Shown here piece by piece: positions 57,741 to 64,000 of a stretch of DNA of 64,000 nucleotides (its first letter is position 1; each line of letters begins with the position of its first letter). The notes beneath the pieces are model-generated. The model made no database searches and had not been told where the DNA came from. It saw only the letters and a program-made list of their open reading frames with translations. Origin of the DNA: a virus; the IMG/VR virus record IMGVR_UViG_3300033996_001430, positions 1 to 64,000 of that record; one strand, given 5' to 3'. The position numbers were made by a program, and so were the translations under genes.

Positions 57741-58874
57741 TTAATGTGAATCACCGTAATTATTTTTCTCACTTGCTATCAAATAATCAGGGTTAATGAT
57801 TTTAGCAATTTTGTGTCTACTACCATCCAAAGATTTAACAACAACACCTTCGTGAGGAACTTTAGTCCCTTGAATATAGTTACCGAACACGTATTTATCT
57901 TGTTTTTCTTTTGACCAAGGACCTGAATATAATGTTTCAACCTCATCTAATTCTAAACATTGGAAGTGTGTTGTTTGACTTAAATTATCTTCATAATGTC
58001 CATCAACCTCAACATCAAAACCAGCAAAACGAATCTCCGTTAAACCATAATCATAATTCTTTTGGATTCCGTGTCCGAAGATCTCACCATAGATAATAAA
58101 ACCAGAACCTATCCCATCAGGTGAATAAACATCTTTAACGTGATCCCAAAGTTTTCTACGAATATCGTATTTTATTGCTATGTCTTCCCACACATTTCTA
58201 TCATAAAATCCTTGTGAATCAGAACCTTTTTCTACATTATGGCTACCCACAACATATTCATATCCAATCCATTGATTACCAAACCATCCACGAATCTTAT
58301 CTAAGAATGAAAGTTTTTTCTTCCTTACAATTCCGTAACGAGCATTGGTCCCGTGTAATTTACGAGTAATACATACCTCATCGTCCTCATTAAACATATC
58401 CGGTACATTTTTCATATTTGGGAATTTGTAGTAAACGTGGAAGTTAGGGTTTTGGTGGTACTTGAATTTTCTACCCCCAACACTCATCTCAACCATCTTA
58501 ACTGGTGGTTCGTATTTGGTGATACCTAATAGTTCCATTAAATCTTCTCCTTCTGTAAGAGTGGGGTATTTTCTTAAAGCAGGAATAGTATTCTTACTCA
58601 TAATTAAACACTCAGAGTAAACTTTACGAAGTTTAACGGTACGAACTCTTTGACCTTTTCTTAGGTAATTAGTTACACCCATTAAATCAGATAATTCAAC
58701 GGGGATTACCGCATCGGTAGTTGCAACAACAACCTTATCACCAACACTGTATTCACCTTTCTTAGTAATGGCTTGCCAACCACCAACCAATGCAAGTTCA
58801 ATGTTATCCGCACCTTCTATTGGTATAATCTCTCCGATTATTCCAACATAACATACACTATTTAAATTTTCCAT
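57741..58874 (-). CDS. RNA ligase, DRB0094/Rnl2-like, with N-terminal OB-like domain
   Basis: PIEGADNIE, TRKLHGTN (motif I), YGEIFG.GIQKNY, FDV, EGVV, KIINPDYL. Confidence 0.85.
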   Translation of the reverse strand: MENLNSVCYVGIIGEIIPIEGADNIELALVGGWQAITKKGEYSVGDKVVVATTDAVIPVELSDLMGVTNYLRKGQRVRTVKLRKVYSECLIMSKNTIPALRKYPTLTEGEDLMELLGITKYEPPVKMVEMSVGGRKFKYHQNPNFHVYYKFPNMKNVPDMFNEDDEVCITRKLHGTNARYGIVRKKKLSFLDKIRGWFGNQWIGYEYVVGSHNVEKGSDSQGFYDRNVWEDIAIKYDIRRKLWDHVKDVYSPDGIGSGFIIYGEIFGHGIQKNYDYGLTEIRFAGFDVEVDGHYEDNLSQTTHFQCLELDEVETLYSGPWSKEKQDKYVFGNYIQGTKVPHEGVVVKSLDGSRHKIAKIINPDYLIASEKNNYGDSH

Positions 58875-58884
58875 TTCTTATTTT

Positions 58885-59256
58885 TTAATTAATATCATAC
58901 AATCCGTTTTTTTGATCCTCTTCCATCATTTTTATCAAAAGAGCCTCTCTACTATATTTTCTAATTAACTTGAACGTCTCTTTGATATCTGTAAAATCAG
59001 ATGGTGGTGTATCGTTTCTCACAGGAAGAAAAATTATAGTAAATCCGTGATTTCCCGCAAACTTTTCTTTTACTCTGATACCACAGATTTCATCAATATA
59101 AACCCACGGGTAATTACCTGAAAGTTTAACTTCAATTCCAATTTTTTTCAATCTTTCAACAAACCTTGTGATCTTATCACCGGTTTTCTTTACATTAGTT
59201 TCTGTTTCCATTTCTATATAAGTTCCAAATTTAGTTTCTCTCTTCTTTTGATCCAT
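58885..59256 (-). CDS. Hypothetical protein
   Basis: RLKKIGIEV.L.GNYPWVYID. Confidence 0.65.
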   Translation of the reverse strand: MDQKKRETKFGTYIEMETETNVKKTGDKITRFVERLKKIGIEVKLSGNYPWVYIDEICGIRVKEKFAGNHGFTIIFLPVRNDTPPSDFTDIKETFKLIRKYSREALLIKMMEEDQKNGLYDIN

Positions 59257-59413
59257 AACATTCCAATTTTTTATTAGTTATATTCCACAAATCTTTTTTT
59301 CCTTCCGTCATATGACAATTATGTTTCTTTCCCGTTCTTTTACCAAACTCTACAATCATATCATTATGTCGGTTACGAATGGTATGAGGACATTCTTTAC
59401 AGGGTTTTTTCAT
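59231..59413 (-). CDS. Small Cys/His protein
   Basis: PCKECP...HNCH...C. Confidence 0.55.
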   Translation of the reverse strand: MKKPCKECPHTIRNRHNDMIVEFGKRTGKKHNCHMTEGKKDLWNITNKKLECYGSKEERN

Positions 59414-59643
59414 TTCTTATCTAAGATTGAATCAACATATTCTTTTGCATCTTTCAACTTTTCAAAGTCATATTTAACATCATTAATGTTAACAACATAT
59501 GATTGCCACTTAGTGAATCTCTTATCGTCTTTCTGAAATGTGCGCGGGTCTCTACGTCTGAAATAATCTTTGACTTTTGATCCTTCAAACTTTGTGATTA
59601 TTACACCACGATATTCCCTTTTAGTTTCTTTAGTTGTCCACAT
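59410..59643 (-). CDS. Hypothetical protein
   Basis: Clear upstream promoter. Confidence 0.65.
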   Translation of the reverse strand: MWTTKETKREYRGVIITKFEGSKVKDYFRRRDPRTFQKDDKRFTKWQSYVVNINDVKYDFEKLKDAKEYVDSILDKK

Positions 59644-59649
59644 AGAAAC

Positions 59650-59680
59650 AAAGGTAATAAATTAATTTGGATTTGACAAA
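59650..59680 (-). promoter_or_regulatory. Bacteroidota sigma70-type promoter (TTTG -33 / TAnnTTTG -7), representative copy
   Basis: - strand TTTGTCAAATCCAAATTAATTTATTACCTTTGTTTCTATG; similar -7 boxes near 12341, 13697, 18644, 27014(+), 38511, 43247, 51271, 62222. Confidence 0.7.
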
Positions 59681-60916
59681 CTATTTTTTGAATTTAAATT
59701 CGGTTTCTATTTTTCTTTTACCGTATTTTTTTTCCATCAGTTGTTGATGAAGTTCCCAATTGATTATAGATTCATTCATTGGTTGATCGTCTTCTGCCAT
59801 TGCGTAAAGTTTACCTAGTTTTTTAATAATTTTGTTTGCGTCGTCAGATAATTGTTTACATATATCTTTAAAGAACATAATAGGATCATCATCATACTTT
59901 GTCAAATAGTTGATGAATTTTTGTCTTACTTTTTGTAAGTTTTTTTCTTCTTCATCTTGCGGAAGTAATCCACCACCAAATGCATTATTAAATAAAGCCC
60001 TAATACCATATCTGTCTAAAGGTGTTGATGTCATTTGATCAAATAACTCAACGTTATTATTCACCAAGTTCACATAAACTAATTTTAATGTTATTTTAAT
60101 CTTTTCGTCTTCAGTTAAATTTTCATTATATTGTCCAATATGTTTAATTAACGCATCCACTCTATCCATTTGTTCTTTTAAACCATCAATTAACTTTTCA
60201 AAACTATAATCCCTAATTTCTAAAATCTCTTTAAATGATCTGTCTTCTTTAAGGAAATTTAAAAACTTAGATTTTAAAATTTTCCTTTGTCTCATTCTTG
60301 ACGCAAGTTCAGTTGGTCTAACTAAACTTTCGGCAACTTGCATAAAATAATTGTACCTCATAAACTTATGGTCAATCTCAGGTATTCCAAACCTTAAATT
60401 TCCTTTAGAGTAAGTTTGGTATTGAGCGTCTTTACCAATTAAATCAAATTGTTTTTTCTGTTTGTCGTACTTATGTTTTAACTCATGAGCCAAAGTGGAT
60501 TCAGTTTCAACACGATCTTGTGTAAATCTTTCATATAAATCTTCAGGTTCCCATTCATTACCAACGACAAATGTTATATGTAATTCTATTTCAGTATCTA
60601 ATAACTGAACTTTTAATTGTATTTTTCTATTATAATTAAAATTTTGACCCATAGCCATAGATGCAAGTTCAGCCTTCCCATCATAACCTGGAATATGCTC
60701 AACATTAACATGAAGATCAAGTGAATCAATCTGATAATCCGAAATAGTTAAATCAACACTTTGGTTAAAAATATATTCGTCTTTTTTATAATCAATTCCC
60801 TTAATTAAATTTTCAACTATTTCATATAAATCTGATGCAGTATCTAAAATACCTTCAGGAACCCCTAACGCTTCGTTAAGTATTTTGTATTGTGTTTCTG
60901 TTAATATAATCTTCAT
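59681..60916 (-). CDS. Leader-bearing zincin-like (HExxH) protein
   Basis: MKIILTETQY; LAHELKH. Confidence 0.65.
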   Translation of the reverse strand: MKIILTETQYKILNEALGVPEGILDTASDLYEIVENLIKGIDYKKDEYIFNQSVDLTISDYQIDSLDLHVNVEHIPGYDGKAELASMAMGQNFNYNRKIQLKVQLLDTEIELHITFVVGNEWEPEDLYERFTQDRVETESTLAHELKHKYDKQKKQFDLIGKDAQYQTYSKGNLRFGIPEIDHKFMRYNYFMQVAESLVRPTELASRMRQRKILKSKFLNFLKEDRSFKEILEIRDYSFEKLIDGLKEQMDRVDALIKHIGQYNENLTEDEKIKITLKLVYVNLVNNNVELFDQMTSTPLDRYGIRALFNNAFGGGLLPQDEEEKNLQKVRQKFINYLTKYDDDPIMFFKDICKQLSDDANKIIKKLGKLYAMAEDDQPMNESIINWELHQQLMEKKYGKRKIETEFKFKK

Positions 60917-60942
60917 ACATATAAATATGTTGGAGTTGTAAT

Positions 60943-61596
60943 TTAACCCACAACCCCAACAATATCATCTAAATGGTGATCATCGTTCATCTCAGAGACA
61001 ATATTTCTTTTATCCATCATGTGTACAATCTCGGTAATACTATATGGTTGGAGGTTGTTTCCATCCACACCAACGTCCAATCTTTTACCTTTACCCCATT
61101 TTCTACTTGCCGGTAAGTGAACGTGTCCGTGAAGGTGAACCACCCCTTTATTAAGACCATTCCAACTTTCAAATGGATAGTGAGTCATCACAAAGTTTTC
61201 TCCACCAATGTTAACCTGTAGGTAATCACTAACAGATAAGAACATATCTTTAATGCCATCTCTATTGTTTTTGATATGGTGATCGTGATTACCAAGAACC
61301 AAGTGAATGTTTTTACATACCAATCGGTCCAAGAAGATTCTAATAAACTCAAAACCACCAAAAGCAACGTCACCCAACATAATTAAAGTGTCGTCTTGAC
61401 CAACTTTAGAGTTGATGTTATCAACCAATGCGTTATTCATTAGTTCTAACGTTGGGAAATTTCTTGTACTATGGTCTGGCACTTTCCCATCAGTAGTTCT
61501 CCAATCAGTTACACCTCTACAAATGTTTTTATGGTTGTAGTGGGGATCTGATGTGACCCACACTCTACCTGTCGTTAATATTTTATCAAATTTCAT
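60943..61596 (-). CDS. Calcineurin-like phosphoesterase (phage RNA-repair type)
   Basis: TSDPHYNH, LGD, LGNHD, HYP, LHGHVH, DVGVD. Confidence 0.85.
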   Translation of the reverse strand: MKFDKILTTGRVWVTSDPHYNHKNICRGVTDWRTTDGKVPDHSTRNFPTLELMNNALVDNINSKVGQDDTLIMLGDVAFGGFEFIRIFLDRLVCKNIHLVLGNHDHHIKNNRDGIKDMFLSVSDYLQVNIGGENFVMTHYPFESWNGLNKGVVHLHGHVHLPASRKWGKGKRLDVGVDGNNLQPYSITEIVHMMDKRNIVSEMNDDHHLDDIVGVVG

Positions 61597-61599
61597 TTC

Positions 61600-62001
61600 T
61601 TAAATTTTAATTTCAAATCTATCTTTCATTAACTGTATCTTATCTTCAGGGACTCCGTGTTGATTAATCCCACCATGTCTATTCTCAACAATCAAACAAA
61701 ACACTTTATAATCAAATATTTCCGCCATATCAAAATACGGTTTCATTTCCCATTCTTGAGTAAATGTGTTTGAAACAACAATTACGTTATTAATATTTGC
61801 GGTATGATTTAATATCATCGCAGTATTAACACTATCTTGACACCACTTATGTGCTTCCTTTATTTTGGTGAAGTCAAATTTATATTCACCATTATCCATA
61901 AAGAACATATCAGTCTCAAAATGAGCACCACCTAATGATTTAGCAAACGTAGATTTACCTGATCCAGGCACACCTCTAACAATATATAATATTTTTTCCA
62001 T
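61600..62001 (-). CDS. P-loop kinase (polynucleotide-kinase-like, AAA_33)
   Basis: RGVPGSGKSTFA, VSNTF, HGVP. Confidence 0.8.
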   Translation of the reverse strand: MEKILYIVRGVPGSGKSTFAKSLGGAHFETDMFFMDNGEYKFDFTKIKEAHKWCQDSVNTAMILNHTANINNVIVVSNTFTQEWEMKPYFDMAEIFDYKVFCLIVENRHGGINQHGVPEDKIQLMKDRFEIKI

Positions 62002-62004
62002 AAC

Positions 62005-62217
62005 TTAATTTTTTACCCAACCAGATTTATTGTCAGGGTTAACTTTTATCAAACCTTTCTTTAACAAGTCATACGCAATGTTCCAAGCCTTATACCCAAT
62101 AACCTTGTCATATCCTTTTTTATCTTTAGTATCTAACAAAATGTGATCAAAAACCCAAACAACCCCTTCTTTTTCCAAGAGTTCCATAAATAATTGTTCT
62201 TTCTTTGTTAGTTTCAT
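62005..62217 (-). CDS. Hypothetical protein
   Basis: TATATTTG upstream. Confidence 0.6.
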   Translation of the reverse strand: MKLTKKEQLFMELLEKEGVVWVFDHILLDTKDKKGYDKVIGYKAWNIAYDLLKKGLIKVNPDNKSGWVKN

Positions 62218-62311
62218 ACCACAAATATAACGCTTTAATTGGAATATACAAAAAAAAATATCATAAAAAAAGGGAGATCTCTCTCCCTTAATAAATTTTT
62301 AGTTTTAACTA

Positions 62312-64000
62312 TTAATATATTCTTACATTTCCTCCCGGTGTTGATACCTTTGGTTCTTCAGCTCCTCCCCCTCCAGTTGAAGATCCACCTGTAAGAGCCA
62401 TCATAATTTGATTTCTTGTATTTTGATCTCTTTTACAATCGACGGTTAATCCCGCATCTTTAGTGTTATTTAAATATTGTTTTACTTGTCTTAAAGCATC
62501 ACACATTTCTTTTTTACGTAAATCTCTTTGTCTTTGTCTTTCAGGATCTACATTACCTCCTCCTCCTCCACCACCACCTACTACTCCACTTCTTCTACCT
62601 CTACCACCTGTACCACCTGTACCACCTGTACCACCTGTACCACCTGAACCACCTGAACCACCACCTCTAATAACCTGGTCAGTACCCTCTTTTGCGTCTT
62701 CACCAAATAAAACTTTTTGTGTTGATCCACCACCACCAACGTTTTTATATTCAGCATCAATCACTACATTATATTCATCTAAAACATTTAAAATTTTAAA
62801 GTACCCATTATTATCACTTAGTTGTGTATCACTAGTATTAGGAGATACTTTAATCCATTTACCTTCATCCTTTGTCGTATAATTATGTTTTCTACCCGAA
62901 TACTTTATAGGTGATGCAGCATCATAAGCCATAATTTTTTTAAATGTTAACTCATCAACATCACCCGTATCTTCCAAGTTAGTATCTTTTTGTTGGAAAG
63001 CTAATACCGCTTTTTGCGTTTCAGGACCATAACCACCTTTAGTACTAATACCTAATTTTGTTTGTATTGCAACAACATCAGGACCCGTACTTTTAAGCGT
63101 TAAAGGTCTTGTGTATTCTGTTGCAGATGCGGGTAATTCTGTTGCAGATGCGGGTAAAACATTCCGTGCGTTAAAGGCTTCAGTACCTATTATTGCCTCT
63201 AAAGTTGCATCATCAACAACTCCATCAGTTCTTAATGGTGTTGGAAGTTTAGCTCCTTCAGTTGTTTGGAATTTAATTACCGCTTTTTGAGTGTCTTTTC
63301 CAAATTTGTTATCAACAGGTCTTAACTTTAATGCCTTTTGTATCAACCCAACATCAGGGTCTTCCGCACCTATCCATAAAGTTTGTTCTTCAGTTAATAA
63401 ATTATGTCTAAAACCTCTGATTCTATTGTTACTTACACTATCTTCTAATAAATTACGATTAGGTGCACCTTGGATACTATTGTCACTTTTACCATTATCA
63501 TTAAAATCGGGATCTGTAGTTAAAACTATTTTATTTTGTTCCGGTCCTGGAATTGCCCAACTAAAATATTCAGGGTTAATATATGGTACTATATCATCAT
63601 AACTCCAAGCATTAGTTGATAGTGAAAATTGTATTTTTTTATCATTACAATCAAACTCAGTTATAACTTTATTACTATCCATTTGTACCCCTACATCTGT
63701 GTAATCAGTACCTCTTTGGTCTTTTGCAACACCATAAACAAACTTATCAATAATAGGATTACCTGTGTTTAATTGATACCCAACACCTCCAGGTATTTGT
63801 TTCGGTTTATTCACTAATGCCGGATTACGTCTTGGAGAATTAGGGTCTATACAGTAATAACCTTCAAACGATACTTGATAAGAACCAATTTCTCCATCAC
63901 CAGTATGAGGGGTATATTTACGACCCACACATTTCCATGCTTCCCCATCACTACCCGCTCTATATGCCTCAATTGTATCATATCCACATTTTTTAGCATT
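62312..64000 (-). CDS. Large virion-like protein with two PG-binding domains and a Gly-rich linker, partial (starts beyond window end)
   Basis: Frame stays open to 64000 (NAKKCGYDTIEAY...WKC, a motif shared with 53589 ORF); DNKFGKDTQKAVIKFQ; GYGPETQKAVLAFQ. Confidence 0.75.
   Translation of the reverse strand, partial: NAKKCGYDTIEAYRAGSDGEAWKCVGRKYTPHTGDGEIGSYQVSFEGYYCIDPNSPRRNPALVNKPKQIPGGVGYQLNTGNPIIDKFVYGVAKDQRGTDYTDVGVQMDSNKVITEFDCNDKKIQFSLSTNAWSYDDIVPYINPEYFSWAIPGPEQNKIVLTTDPDFNDNGKSDNSIQGAPNRNLLEDSVSNNRIRGFRHNLLTEEQTLWIGAEDPDVGLIQKALKLRPVDNKFGKDTQKAVIKFQTTEGAKLPTPLRTDGVVDDATLEAIIGTEAFNARNVLPASATELPASATEYTRPLTLKSTGPDVVAIQTKLGISTKGGYGPETQKAVLAFQQKDTNLEDTGDVDELTFKKIMAYDAASPIKYSGRKHNYTTKDEGKWIKVSPNTSDTQLSDNNGYFKILNVLDEYNVVIDAEYKNVGGGGSTQKVLFGEDAKEGTDQVIRGGGSGGSGGTGGTGGTGGTGGRGRRSGVVGGGGGGGGNVDPERQRQRDLRKKEMCDALRQVKQYLNNTKDAGLTVDCKRDQNTRNQIMMALTGGSSTGGGGAEEPKVSTPGGNVRIY

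Noticed and set aside
62312-63928. Start at 63928 as given in the ORF track
   Set aside because: The frame remains open to the window edge, so the true start lies outside.
1-64000. Alternative genetic code (stop-codon reassignment)
   Set aside because: The standard code already gives dense, full-length, coupled genes (thyA, clpP, ligase).

Overview
AT-rich, gene-dense segment of what is most likely a large (jumbo-type) tailed phage of a Bacteroidota/Flavobacteria host. Genes are almost all on the - strand and read in the standard code. The host inference rests on TAnnTTTG promoters and T9SS-type C-terminal sorting domains. No capsid, terminase, polymerase, integrase or cas gene is visible. 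Contents: (i) a non-coding, origin/terminus-like zone at ~1.8-4.4 kb; (ii) a direct-repeat-flanked cassette with rmlD and Bacteroidota-like secreted proteins; (iii) about 30 otherwise unrelated proteins sharing an N-terminal leader (MNLQExIxxxLxEE or MKIIITExQ), many preceded by a TATTTAT motif, including ADP-ribosyltransferase-like, peptidoglycan-hydrolase, phosphatase, zincin and annexin-like proteins; (iv) two tRNA-like RNAs with abnormal anticodon arms; (v) metabolic and RNA-repair genes (thyA, clpP, rmlC, CCA-adding enzyme, RNA ligase, kinase, phosphoesterases) and three homing endonucleases. The standout is 44346-45965: 25 copies of a 36-nt repeat separated by unique ~30-nt spacers, i.e. 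CRISPR (type VI-B/II-C-like) geometry. The array lies wholly inside a 632-aa ORF and stays in frame without a stop, which makes it a candidate protein-coding CRISPR-like array. All functional calls come from motif recognition by eye; no database searches were run.
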